From Candidatus Bathyarchaeota archaeon (lineage in GTDB: Archaea > Thermoproteota > Bathyarchaeia > Bathyarchaeales > Bathycorpusculaceae): a DNA stretch of 64,000 bases. The stretch is taken from positions 864,001 through 928,000 of the forward strand of contig CAWHDT010000005.1 of NCBI GenBank assembly GCA_963828195.1, given 5' to 3'. Positions 9,913 through 19,097 of the stretch are shown here, in pieces (the first letter of the stretch is position 1; each line of letters opens with the position of its first letter). Made by a program: the position numbers and the translations under genes. The notes below the pieces were generated by a model. The model had not been told where the DNA came from. It saw nothing but the letters and a program-made list of their open reading frames with translations, and ran no database searches.

Positions 9913-10251
9913 CTATTTTTTGCGTTTTTCGCATTGGAGGACTTTGGGGCAGATTAGGCATTCTTCTTGTGTCAGCATGGTTTCTCCTGGGGCGTGTAGG
10001 AGTCCGCTGAAGTGGGCGCATTTGGCTGGTGAGTCGAAGACTATGGGGTACTCTGTTGGTTTGACGCTGACTATTTTTTGGTTTAGGGTGGCGATTTCAA
10101 GTTTGCTCATGCAGAACGGGCAGGCGTAGTGGGTTTGCCGGGGGATGACTGTGGTGTCTGTTAGCACTGTTGGTTTGTCGAATGTTTTTTCGCATCCCTT
10201 ATAGGGGCATTTTAGTTTTTCTTCGTGGTTGTGCCCGTGGAAAAGCTGCAT
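9913..10251 (-). CDS. Zinc-binding hypothetical protein
   Basis: CPYKGC..F.KP..YACPFC and CAH..CLICPKVLQC. Confidence 0.7.
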   Translation of the reverse strand: MQLFHGHNHEEKLKCPYKGCEKTFDKPTVLTDTTVIPRQTHYACPFCMSKLEIATLNQKIVSVKPTEYPIVFDSPAKCAHFSGLLHAPGETMLTQEECLICPKVLQCEKRKK

Positions 10252-10433
10252 CTCTGTCGCCTCCCTTATTTGTTTACTTCGAGTGTATCAATATTTAATA
10301 AACGTTTCCACGCAGAAACACACCGAGAATACCCGCACAACACAACTACACAAAACAGCACCCGACCACTTCAAACCCAAAACGTCCGTCAAAAGAAAAG
10401 ACACACGCGTCCATAAAACCCAGACGAAGTTCA

Positions 10434-10910
10434 TTGATAGGCAAGCAAGAAGTGCTCAAATTGGACAAACACACTCGCATAGCCCTAATATGCATCATAT
10501 GCGTAGCAGCCGCCCTCACCTCGTCTCTCCTCACAGCGGATTATCTGTACCGCCCGCGATCCAGCGGCGTTCCCGACTCCCACATCCAAGACTTCCCCAA
10601 CGTTGAGGGCGTAACAAAAAACAACGGATACTACAACATCTCCTTAGCATTCATCAACGTAACAGACAATGAAACGCTGGAAAACATCCTGATTAACCCG
10701 CAAAGCAGCAAAACAGTTGCTGACTCAACCTTCTACCTGAACGGCACCGCCATAAGCCAGCAGGACCCAGTTAGCTGCAGCCTAAAGAGCGGCGACAGCC
10801 TCCAAATCAACCTCACTTTGCCCGTCACCGAATTCGCGTCGGGGTCAACAATTACGCTTCAAGTCATGGGGAACAGCTTCGGCTGCGGCAAAGCGGTAGT
10901 GCTCCAGTAA
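10434..10910 (+). CDS. Membrane-anchored/secreted hypothetical protein
   Basis: N-terminal hydrophobic helix, beta-rich body with NxS/T sequons. Confidence 0.6.
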   Translation: MIGKQEVLKLDKHTRIALICIICVAAALTSSLLTADYLYRPRSSGVPDSHIQDFPNVEGVTKNNGYYNISLAFINVTDNETLENILINPQSSKTVADSTFYLNGTAISQQDPVSCSLKSGDSLQINLTLPVTEFASGSTITLQVMGNSFGCGKAVVLQ

Positions 10911-11171
10911 CAAACCCCGCCAATTAATTTTCAACAAATGTAAACCTAAAGCCAGATTATTCCACACTTTCTTAAAGCAAAACAGCATAAAACACGTCGC
11001 CTATCCACTTTTTCATAATAATTATGAACAAATCTCAACCACCCTTATATCCGCCCACGACTCATTGATATCAAAAAGGAATGGTGGAAAAAAAATGGAA
11101 AAAAATTCCCCAAAGAAAAACCCTCCAAAAGGAGAAATCCTGTATTTCCCGCATGTGTAGGTGACTAAAAA

Positions 11172-11333
11172 ATGATTGCAGAAACAAGCGTCCCTCTGTT
11201 TGTGTTGTGCACAAGCTCGTTAACTGCAGGCTTCATTTACTATAACATGAAATACCGAAAATTCCTCAAAGAAAACGTAGCCCACCAAACCCAACAAAAC
11301 AGGAGTGACCAAACAAAACTCAAACTTCAGTAA
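11172..11333 (+). CDS. Small (53 aa) single-TM protein, not in ORF track
   Basis: AGGTGA Shine-Dalgarno at 11159-11164; MIAETSVPLFVLCTSSLTAGFIYYNMKYRK... Confidence 0.5.
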   Translation: MIAETSVPLFVLCTSSLTAGFIYYNMKYRKFLKENVAHQTQQNRSDQTKLKLQ

Positions 11334-11420
11334 CCCAGCCAAAAAACCCAAAGTTTTTTGAAAAAACCCCCCCTTTTTTTTAGCCAACGCATCGTTTATT
11401 TGAAGTATCTTTCTTTGCGC

Positions 11421-11966
11421 TTATGAGCTTTCCAAGGGGTAAACGTTTTGTGAGAAGCTTGCTGCTAAAGCTTCTGTGTTTTGTGTGCCGAGTATTACGT
11501 ATTTGCCGCTGTTTAGTTGGATGATCAGGTCGGTTGAGTTGGTTGAAACTACGTAGGCTGTTTTTCCGTTTCCAAGCGTGTATGTGCCGATGTTTGTGTT
11601 GCCGATGTTTGTTCCAGCCACTTTATTCAAAGAGAGGTCGCCTGAACCTATCTGTGCCACGTAAGCTGAGGCTATCTCGGTTGATGTAACCTTAATGTTT
11701 CCGGGACCGCTGAGGAGAGGAGTTGCTACGCTCACATACCCCGAGCCTACAGTTATCGTGGAAGCACTGCCAAACGAAGAACTCAGCAAAAGCCCAACCG
11801 CGATAATGGCAACAACAGGGATAACTGAAATAGCGAAGCCTCTAGCCGTTTTTCCTTGACCTACGCGGCGATACAACGCGATAAAGGCTACAACGGCGAC
11901 TGCAGCGATAATTAGGATTATGCTCAGACTTGAGGAGGACTGAACCGTAAACTGTTCAACAGACAT
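11421..11966 (-). CDS. Membrane protein with bacterial PH-like domain
   Basis: Two TM helices then KVAGTNIGNTNIGTYTLGNG pattern. Confidence 0.55.
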   Translation of the reverse strand: MSVEQFTVQSSSSLSIILIIAAVAVVAFIALYRRVGQGKTARGFAISVIPVVAIIAVGLLLSSSFGSASTITVGSGYVSVATPLLSGPGNIKVTSTEIASAYVAQIGSGDLSLNKVAGTNIGNTNIGTYTLGNGKTAYVVSTNSTDLIIQLNSGKYVILGTQNTEALAASFSQNVYPLESS

Positions 11967-12007
11967 CTAACCGCTTTAACCTCTCTTCACACTTGATCTC
12001 TCAGGTT

Positions 12008-12538
12008 TTAAGTAGGCGTGGGATATTTGTATTCGTATTCATCTTTTTTCCGTTGGTTCTTGGGCTTTCGGAATGCTCCTAGAAGTGCAAGAATAACTCC
12101 AATAATGATGAAGACTATGCCTGCAAGCGTTAGCAACCCTAATGCAGCTGTTGTTGCTAAGGGCGCATTATCAATTGCTAATCTTGTGTTGGGTTGAGCG
12201 GAGGAGAAGATTACGTAGTAATAGTTGCCTGTGATTGAGGTGTAGGTTTCGGTTCCTGCCACAGATGAGCTGGTAGATAGTGCGTAAGAGCTGATACTAG
12301 TTGAATTAACCAAAGTTAGGTCTTGAGCAGGAACTAATCCGCCGACTGATGGAGGAGACCTCACAATGATTGTTGAAGATGAGTTCAAAAGAATCTCGCT
12401 TGACACGTATTCGCCTGGGTTCGGCTGATTAGAAACTTTTATTGTACTTGTGGACCCTCTCAAACCAATCGCTCCAGACGCAAAAAACGCAATTCCAATG
12501 ATTAATAAAACTACACCTATTATCATGCGAGTTCTCAT
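12008..12538 (-). CDS. Hypothetical membrane protein
   Basis: N- and C-terminal TM helices, basic tail. Confidence 0.65.
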   Translation of the reverse strand: MRTRMIIGVVLLIIGIAFFASGAIGLRGSTSTIKVSNQPNPGEYVSSEILLNSSSTIIVRSPPSVGGLVPAQDLTLVNSTSISSYALSTSSSVAGTETYTSITGNYYYVIFSSAQPNTRLAIDNAPLATTAALGLLTLAGIVFIIIGVILALLGAFRKPKNQRKKDEYEYKYPTPT

Positions 12539-12742
12539 ATGTCATGCCCTCACCTACATCTTCAGGCAAGCTATTTAAGAATGCTGATACCGTTATCGCT
12601 GCATTAAACGCCTATCGCAAATGGATAAGGACCAACGCGGCTCCTTCAATACCAAACTGCCCGCGGAATTCTCGGAAAAACAGTCATTGCTGACCACTCT
12701 ATACCTGAATTATAAAAATCACGAATACTCAGCCGCCTAAGA

Positions 12743-12765
12743 CGCGGCCTGCTGCTTACGAGGCA
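12743..12765 (-). repeat. 23-bp copy of tRNA-Thr anticodon-arm/variable region (att-like)
   Basis: CGCGGCCTGCTGCTTACGAGGCA identical to 13496-13518. Confidence 0.9.
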
Positions 12766-12852
12766 TAGGCCTATGCCATTTGTCTAGGTTATCGTTAGGC
12801 TTATATCGATTTGTATACATATCAGATTATTAGTTTACAGTGTGGTGTGCAT

Positions 12853-13077
12853 ATGGAAACAGAAGTCTTGTCTGTCAGAGTAAAAAAAAGCCTCAAACAT
12901 GAAGCTGAAAGGCTGGGTATTGACATAAAAGCTGCCGTAGAAGAGCGTCTTGAGGAGCTTGTCGAGGAAAAGAAAGCCAAAGCCAAAAGACGCGCGGAAG
13001 AGCTTCGTCGCGCTATGGGAAACGTCACAGTGGAAGAGTGGATAAAAGACGTCAAAGAAACAAGACAAGAAATGTAA
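12853..13077 (+). CDS. vapB: VapB/CcdA-like RHH antitoxin
   Basis: VLSVRVKKSLK..AERLGIDI, WIKDVKETR tail; directly upstream of PIN gene. Confidence 0.8.
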   Translation: METEVLSVRVKKSLKHEAERLGIDIKAAVEERLEELVEEKKAKAKRRAEELRRAMGNVTVEEWIKDVKETRQEM

Positions 13078-13450
13078 GTACCTACTAGACGCATCCTCAT
13101 TGTACCCCCTGCTGCTTTCTGGAGAAGCCTTCGACCTCGAGCAATGTGCAGTAAGTACCCTGACGGAATATGAACTAGGCAACGTACTTTGGAAAGAAAC
13201 AAGAAGAAAGAGAATTGACTTCAAGCTGGCAGCACAAACTTTTTCGGACGCTTTATCAGAACTAAAGAAAATCGGAAACGGCGGTATAGGCGATATTTTG
13301 GTAGTGGCGCTGGAAAGAAACCTTACCTTTTACGATGCCTCGTACGCTTACCTCGCAGAAAAAGAGAACATGGAACTAGTTACCGAAGATGTTGATTTGA
13401 TTAAGAAATGCAGGTGTGCTATTCACCTAAAAGAGATGGAGCTAACTTAA
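13049..13450 (+). CDS. vapC: VapC PIN toxin lacking a canonical start upstream of its first conserved Asp
   Basis: YLLDAS (13079-13096), YELGN, FYDASY, TED; only ACG at 13049 lies between the in-frame TAA (13043) and the motif. Confidence 0.75.
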   Translation, partial: TSKKQDKKCKYLLDASSLYPLLLSGEAFDLEQCAVSTLTEYELGNVLWKETRRKRIDFKLAAQTFSDALSELKKIGNGGIGDILVVALERNLTFYDASYAYLAEKENMELVTEDVDLIKKCRCAIHLKEMELT

Positions 13451-13470
13451 CGGGCTTGTTTGGTAAATAA

Positions 13471-13547
13471 TGGAGCCTCGAGCGGGCTTTGATCCCGCGG
13501 CCTGCTGCTTACGAGGCAGCCGCTCTACCAGGCTGAGCCATCGGGGC
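13471..13547 (-). tRNA. tRNA-Thr(CGT), CCA encoded, no intron
   Basis: GCCCCGATGGCTCAGCCTGGTAGAGCG-GCTGC ctCGTaa GCAGC-AGGCC-GCGGG ATCAAAG CCCGC-TCGAGGCTCCA cloverleaf. Confidence 0.93.
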
Positions 13548-13835
13548 GCTCCAATGGCTAATCAGTGAAGCCCAAGTTTTTAAACTTTAGCAAAGCCGAA
13601 CCAAAACATTTCTACGTGGAAATGCATTGTTCTGCATGCAAAAGTGCGCGTGTTCATTCGTTGCGCACCTATGATGAATCATTGTTTGGTGTCTTTTAGG
13701 CTCATCTAGCAGACCTGGGAGAAGGATGTATAAAAAACAAAATCTCCTAAGCGAAGCAAACGTTGAGGTAAGAGTCAATTTTAAAAGACTTAATCACCCT
13801 ATGTTTTAACCTGAAGTTTTAGCGAGAGTGAAGAT

Positions 13836-14864
13836 ATGAGCGACGACAAAGCAAAAAACGCCAGCCCTAACGCAGCAAACACGGGTATAGGTGAGCGAAA
13901 AATAATCGAGATCATCGCAAACTACCTAGACGCCATGCCCAACTCCCCCGTGCCCTTCGGAGACGACGTATCCGCCGTAAACATAGACCAAAAACAAGTA
14001 GCCGTATTGAAAACTGACATGCTGGTGGGAAAAACCGATGTGCCCCCAAACATGAGCCTCTGGCAAGCCGCCCGAAAAGCCATAGTTATGAACATCAGCG
14101 ATTTTGCATCTAAAGGCGTTGTGCCCACGGCGGCTCTTGTGTCGCTTGGGTTACCCCGAGGCCTCATGCCCAAAGACATCGAGGAAATTGCCCGTGGACT
14201 TAACGCTGGAGCACGAGAATACGGCGCCTACGTTATTGGCGGCGACACGGGTGAAGCATCAGACTTTATCGTTGCAGTTTCCCTCTACGGAACAGCAGAC
14301 AAAACCGCGCTGATGCTGCGCAGTGGCGCTAAACCCGGCGATATTTTGGCTGTTACGGGTTTCTTCGGCAAATCCGCGGCCGGCTTACGTTTGCTTATGG
14401 ATAAGCTCTCGGCTTCGGCGGATCAACGTAACGTGCTGTCCAGTGCAGTTTGCATGCCTAAAGCCAGGCTAAAAGAAGGCTTAGCGCTTGGCCGCTCCGG
14501 CGCCGTGTCGGCTTCCATAGACTCCAGCGACGGTTTAGCTTGGAGCCTACATGAAATCGGAAAAATGAGCAACGTGGGCTTTCTTGTTCAAAGTGTCCCC
14601 GTCGCCGACGAAGTACGGCGGTTCGCCGAGTTTAACCATCTTGACCCCATGGAGCTGGCGCTCTACGGCGGCGAAGAATATGAGCTTGTGGTAACGGTTA
14701 AGCCTAAAGGTTGGGTTGACGCGGAAGCTGCGGTTGAAGCGGCGGGCGGATCTCTTTTGCCGATTGGCAAGGTGACTAAGGATACGCAGATGCTTTTGGA
14801 TGTTGACGGCAAGAAACGCGGCATCGAAGCCCGCGGCTGGGAACATTTTAAAACTAAGATTTAG
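13836..14864 (+). CDS. thiL: Thiamine-monophosphate kinase
   Basis: FGDD, KTDML, NISDFASKG, IGGDT, RSGAKPGD, IDSSDGL, GGEEYEL. Confidence 0.93.
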   Translation: MSDDKAKNASPNAANTGIGERKIIEIIANYLDAMPNSPVPFGDDVSAVNIDQKQVAVLKTDMLVGKTDVPPNMSLWQAARKAIVMNISDFASKGVVPTAALVSLGLPRGLMPKDIEEIARGLNAGAREYGAYVIGGDTGEASDFIVAVSLYGTADKTALMLRSGAKPGDILAVTGFFGKSAAGLRLLMDKLSASADQRNVLSSAVCMPKARLKEGLALGRSGAVSASIDSSDGLAWSLHEIGKMSNVGFLVQSVPVADEVRRFAEFNHLDPMELALYGGEEYELVVTVKPKGWVDAEAAVEAAGGSLLPIGKVTKDTQMLLDVDGKKRGIEARGWEHFKTKI

Positions 14865-15426
14865 CTTGGCAATCAAGCAGGTAATTGATAACGGTTATGC
14901 ATGAAGCTGCCAAGTAGGGTTGTTTGCCTAAACTGATTTTTTCTCCGTACCTAAGCGCGAACACTTCGGCTTTTTTAGGCAGCCCCACATGGTCACCGAG
15001 CACAAAGACGGCGTCGTTGACCAGCTCTGCTTCAGCAATGTTTTTTCCGCCCTCTTCCAAAACGTACACTCGGCGGCTCAAAGCTTCCTTCTTAAGCAGC
15101 GCCTCAAAACCCATCTTGTCAACGTTGATGCCCGGGTGAGGTTTGCCAGCGATGACTTTTCTTAGGATTTGCTGCCAGGTCTCCGCGTCCGTGCGCACGT
15201 CGTAGACGGTGGCGCCGTCGATTTTTATGTGCAGCGGCGGGTTCGGCGGGCCATTGAGGATGGCGTGGAAGGTTACATCTCGACGTATGCCGTGGGACAG
15301 GAAGAGGCTGGCTTCTATGCATTCGTAGACTATGTCTAATCTCCCCGCGTCGTGCAGGCTGCTGAACGCTGAGCTGGTTTTTCCCAAGCGCGAGAACAAG
15401 ATGAATGCTCTTGACAAGGCGGTCAC
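14854..15426 (-). CDS. trmY: tRNA (pseudouridine54-N1)-methyltransferase, SPOUT family
   Basis: AGRLDIV, FLSHGIRRDV, FVLGDHVG, ISLG..YLAASCI. Confidence 0.88.
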   Translation of the reverse strand: MTALSRAFILFSRLGKTSSAFSSLHDAGRLDIVYECIEASLFLSHGIRRDVTFHAILNGPPNPPLHIKIDGATVYDVRTDAETWQQILRKVIAGKPHPGINVDKMGFEALLKKEALSRRVYVLEEGGKNIAEAELVNDAVFVLGDHVGLPKKAEVFALRYGEKISLGKQPYLAASCITVINYLLDCQAKS

Positions 15427-15492
15427 AGTTTACTGGTACGTGAACTTTCCTTAAAGCGCTTTCGAGCCAAAAGTGAAAGCGGACCCAAATCT

Positions 15493-15867
15493 TTACCTTA
15501 CGATGTTGAATAGGACCAGAAGGTTGTTGGTGACGACTACTGATAGGAATATTATTATGCCGAAATAGGCGATTTTGAGTATTTGAAACGCTATTTTGAA
15601 GGAACATGAGTTTTTGTTTGGGGACTGCATGAGGATTTTCTGCGCAAAAATAAAAAGCAAGCCGACCGCAACAGTTACTGATAACTTTAAAATTACAAAA
15701 GCCGGAAGGTTAGAGCTGACTAAACCCGCTAAGACTGGGTTGAGCTCCCGCGTGCCATAGTACAGGGTTCCTATAACCGTGGTTAAGCAATCCATCGATC
15801 CCATAAAGATTAGAAAGAAACTTGGAAGAGCTTGGGTGCTCTGCAAACGTTTTTTCTCCTGTCGCAT
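15493..15867 (-). CDS. DUF5658-like membrane protein
   Basis: DCLTT..G..ELNP motif, three TM helices. Confidence 0.6.
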   Translation of the reverse strand: MRQEKKRLQSTQALPSFFLIFMGSMDCLTTVIGTLYYGTRELNPVLAGLVSSNLPAFVILKLSVTVAVGLLFIFAQKILMQSPNKNSCSFKIAFQILKIAYFGIIIFLSVVVTNNLLVLFNIVR

Positions 15868-16293
15868 TCAAAACTTTTAGCGTGCAACGTCAAGGCTGCT
15901 ATTTGGGGATTCATCGTTTCTTAGAACCAGTTTCGCAGGTTTCAGCGGAGACTGTTGCTGCTCATTAATATGATGGTAGAATGTGTTTTTATACCTTCAC
16001 TAGTCCGATTGAGGAGCTATTAGAGAACGGGTAGCTCGGAAACTATCCAAGCTTAAGCTTGATTTTCGCCATTTTTTAATTATTGTTTGATTGCGAGGGA
16101 CCTTTGGCGATTTGGATACAGCTGTTGCCTATTTTGCCTGCGCTGTTGTAGTTGTGTTGAGCATCTGTTCAGGAGTTGTTTGATTTGATAATGTTTATTA
16201 GCTTCTGAGGCACCCGAACTAACTATATGGTGTCGCACGTAATACGATATGTTGCGTGTGACCAAAAAAATAAACTGCGGGGAAAATTAAAAA

Positions 16294-17130
16294 ATGAAAA
16301 TCCGACGTAAATTATTATTATCGTACCTTTTGATTGTTGCACTTTTCGTTGCGGCAGGAGCCACCATAACCTACAACACACTCCAGATGGCGGAGCTTCA
16401 AAACACAGCAAAGACACAACTCGAAATCAACAATAACGCTTACGCTTACCAGCAGGGGCTCGATCAGATCCAATTCGGCACTTTGATGTACGCTTCAGAC
16501 AACACAACCGAGGGACAAAGCATAATCGTGGCCAGCGCAACAATTATGCAGCCAGCTCAAACCTACCTGGTCAGCGCGTTGGCAAGCAACCCGGCGCTCC
16601 TCGGCGAATTTAATCAAGTAGTAAGTTTGGAGCAGAACACGATTAATGGCGCCATCAGCCAAGTTTACAGCCTGTACGTCAGCAATGAAAACAGCACACA
16701 GAAATACGTTGACATGTGGAGTCAACTCACCGTGCTTATGAACGCCGTCACTTCAGCAGACACTAAACTCTCCGACGTCCGAAGCACCACCTTAGCCAAC
16801 GTTGAATCTGCAAATACAGACGCACAGAATTATTCTAACCTAAGCTTGATAGTTGCAGTAGTGTTCATAGCTTTAATCTCAGTGGTCTCAGTTATCTTAG
16901 CTGTAGTTATGGGTAACCGCATCACTAATCCACTTAAGAAATTGGCTGACATTGCGCATAAAGTAAGCGTCGGTGACCTCAACCAAAGATTCTACCTCAA
17001 ACAAAAGATAGACATCAAAACAGGCGACGAAATCGACGAACTGGTGGATGCCTTCAGAAGAATGGTTAACGCTTTCCGAATGACCGAAGCACTCAGCAAC
17101 GAAGCAGAAGCGCCAAAGGAGCCGACGTAG
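16294..17130 (+). CDS. Membrane sensor: TM-helical extracellular domain-TM-HAMP, no output domain
   Basis: ITNPLKKLADIAHKVSVGDL..DEIDELVDAFRRM HAMP, protein ends about 20 aa later. Confidence 0.8.
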   Translation: MKIRRKLLLSYLLIVALFVAAGATITYNTLQMAELQNTAKTQLEINNNAYAYQQGLDQIQFGTLMYASDNTTEGQSIIVASATIMQPAQTYLVSALASNPALLGEFNQVVSLEQNTINGAISQVYSLYVSNENSTQKYVDMWSQLTVLMNAVTSADTKLSDVRSTTLANVESANTDAQNYSNLSLIVAVVFIALISVVSVILAVVMGNRITNPLKKLADIAHKVSVGDLNQRFYLKQKIDIKTGDEIDELVDAFRRMVNAFRMTEALSNEAEAPKEPT

Positions 17131-17132
17131 CA

Positions 17133-17366
17133 ATGACTGTAGAGCAAGATTTTCTGGCAGTGCTCGCCGAAGATTTGGGGCCAGCTGCTAAGACATTTTT
17201 GCTCCGTCAATGCAGAAACCACCTAAACAAAGAACCTTGCATGCTTCAGGAATCTGACATCGACGATTTAGCAAAATGGTGCCATATCGGAGTTCAAGCG
17301 GCGCTTGGCGCTCAAGTCGCGGAGAACGTCAAGAAAGGCTTGCTGACGCTAAAGCAGAAACCTTGA
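17133..17366 (+). CDS. Small helical hypothetical protein coupled to HAMP sensor
   Basis: Starts 2 nt after sensor stop with AAGGAG upstream; LGPAAKTFLLRQC. Confidence 0.7.
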   Translation: MTVEQDFLAVLAEDLGPAAKTFLLRQCRNHLNKEPCMLQESDIDDLAKWCHIGVQAALGAQVAENVKKGLLTLKQKP

Positions 17367-17669
17367 AAACCCACATTTTTTTCTTTTAATTTCATTTTTA
17401 CCCGATTAAGTTGCCCTTTAATAATCGAAGAAATTATGAAACAGCCTTCAGGTTGATGCCATCTTTGATTTTAAGCTTTGATTTTGAGTCATGGCGTGTC
17501 TTGCCCGCGATTAATATTTGTGTTGATGTAAAAATAACGCTCTGTGTTTTACCTATTTAACTGGTTGGCGACGAGTTTTATTTTCTGGTGTTAAGTGTCC
17601 AGAAGCGGAAAAAGGTGTTCTAGGACGAAATTAATATTTATCCGTGGCAATTTGTAATTGGGGTTCGGC

Positions 17670-19007
17670 ATGTACAAAAAGGCATTATTAGTGTTTCCCG
17701 CAGTTATCGTGCTGCTAAGTTTTTACTGGATTAGTAGTGCCTTAGCCTCCGCGGATTCTTTTTCGACCAATATTGAAGCTTTAGTTGTTGGCATATCGGT
17801 GCTTGTTATCTTAACTGTGGGATTAGCTGTTTACCTCTTAAAGAGAAAGCCTTTGAGCAAGGTTTTTTCAGCGTTTCTGATAGCGGTGCTATTGGTTTCG
17901 GCTTTATCTGGCGTGGCGCTCGCGGTTTTAGGAGCGGAAAGCCCCGTCGCACTGTCGTCTCCCGTTGAGTTGCAGACTAATTTGAGCGGCGAAATGGGGT
18001 ACTGTGTCTTCCAGCTTGCAGATGGAAGTTTGGTTTTGAACTCATCCAACCAAACCTGCACGTTCCTCATAAAAATAAGCCCTTCAAACCATGTTTTGTG
18101 GACAAGGACCATCAGTATCGGACAAGAAATCACGAATCTTACTCGTCTTTTGCCTACAAGCGACGGGGGCTTCGCTTTAGCGGGGCTCGTGGGCAACATG
18201 TACGTTTTGGTGAAAACCGATTCGCAGGGCAACATCAAATGGACCAAAATGTACAGTTCAGGAGCACCCATAAACTATTTCATGTCTATCATTCAAACTG
18301 CTGACGGAGGCTTCGCAATTGCTGGTTTCGGCGAGAGTGAGGTGGAGGGTTTGGGGTCGATTTGGTTTGCTAAAACGGATTCCTCGGGGAACCTGCAGTG
18401 GAACGAAACGCTTTCTGGGCAGGTGGCTGCTTGCCCCTCAACTATCATTCAAACCCCTGATGGCGGGTACATTATGTCTGATGACAGCTATTCTTTTGTT
18501 CCAAACAGGGGTTTCTTCACGCTTACCAAACTCAACGCGTCTGGATATGTGCTTTGGAGCAAAAATTACGGTGGCGCAGGTTACTATCTTGAACCCGAAT
18601 GCAACTACGCCATTGCCACGAAAGACGGCGGCTACTTGCTGTTGGGTTACCTTTGGGATCAGTGCGCGTGGGCAGTCAAAACCGATGCAGAGGGCAATAT
18701 GCAGTGGAATCAAACCTACGGCGCGAAAGACAGCTCAATAACTTGTGCCCTTGAAACCCAAAGCGGAGGATATGTGCTCTTGACTATTTCAAACCTTACG
18801 CAGGTCGGGTTAATGACAATTGATAAAAGCGGGAATGAAATTTGGAACATGACCCTTCCTGGAGTCACGTTGCCATGGGGATTGGAGGCAAACTATAATT
18901 CGATTATACCCGCAAAAGACGGCGGCTACATCGTGGTAGGCTCAAAAAACGGTTCTGTATGGCTTGCAAAACTCAACTATCAGAATAACTGGTCAATTAA
19001 GCTTTAA
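17670..19007 (+). CDS. Surface protein with beta-propeller-like repeats
   Basis: Repeated (T)DGG(F/Y)..AG...KTD..GN..W units; three N-terminal hydrophobic segments. Confidence 0.75.
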   Translation: MYKKALLVFPAVIVLLSFYWISSALASADSFSTNIEALVVGISVLVILTVGLAVYLLKRKPLSKVFSAFLIAVLLVSALSGVALAVLGAESPVALSSPVELQTNLSGEMGYCVFQLADGSLVLNSSNQTCTFLIKISPSNHVLWTRTISIGQEITNLTRLLPTSDGGFALAGLVGNMYVLVKTDSQGNIKWTKMYSSGAPINYFMSIIQTADGGFAIAGFGESEVEGLGSIWFAKTDSSGNLQWNETLSGQVAACPSTIIQTPDGGYIMSDDSYSFVPNRGFFTLTKLNASGYVLWSKNYGGAGYYLEPECNYAIATKDGGYLLLGYLWDQCAWAVKTDAEGNMQWNQTYGAKDSSITCALETQSGGYVLLTISNLTQVGLMTIDKSGNEIWNMTLPGVTLPWGLEANYNSIIPAKDGGYIVVGSKNGSVWLAKLNYQNNWSIKL

Positions 19008-19097
19008 CTGCTATCGAGTAAGATTCAGCGTTGTCTTTTACAGCTATTCCAATTTGATTGTGAGATGACAAGCCAAAGTTCTCATTTAATGCCCGAT

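Noticed and set aside
13660-13815. Possible C/D box sRNA (ATGATGA near 13670)
   Set aside because: No CTGA D box at the expected spacing
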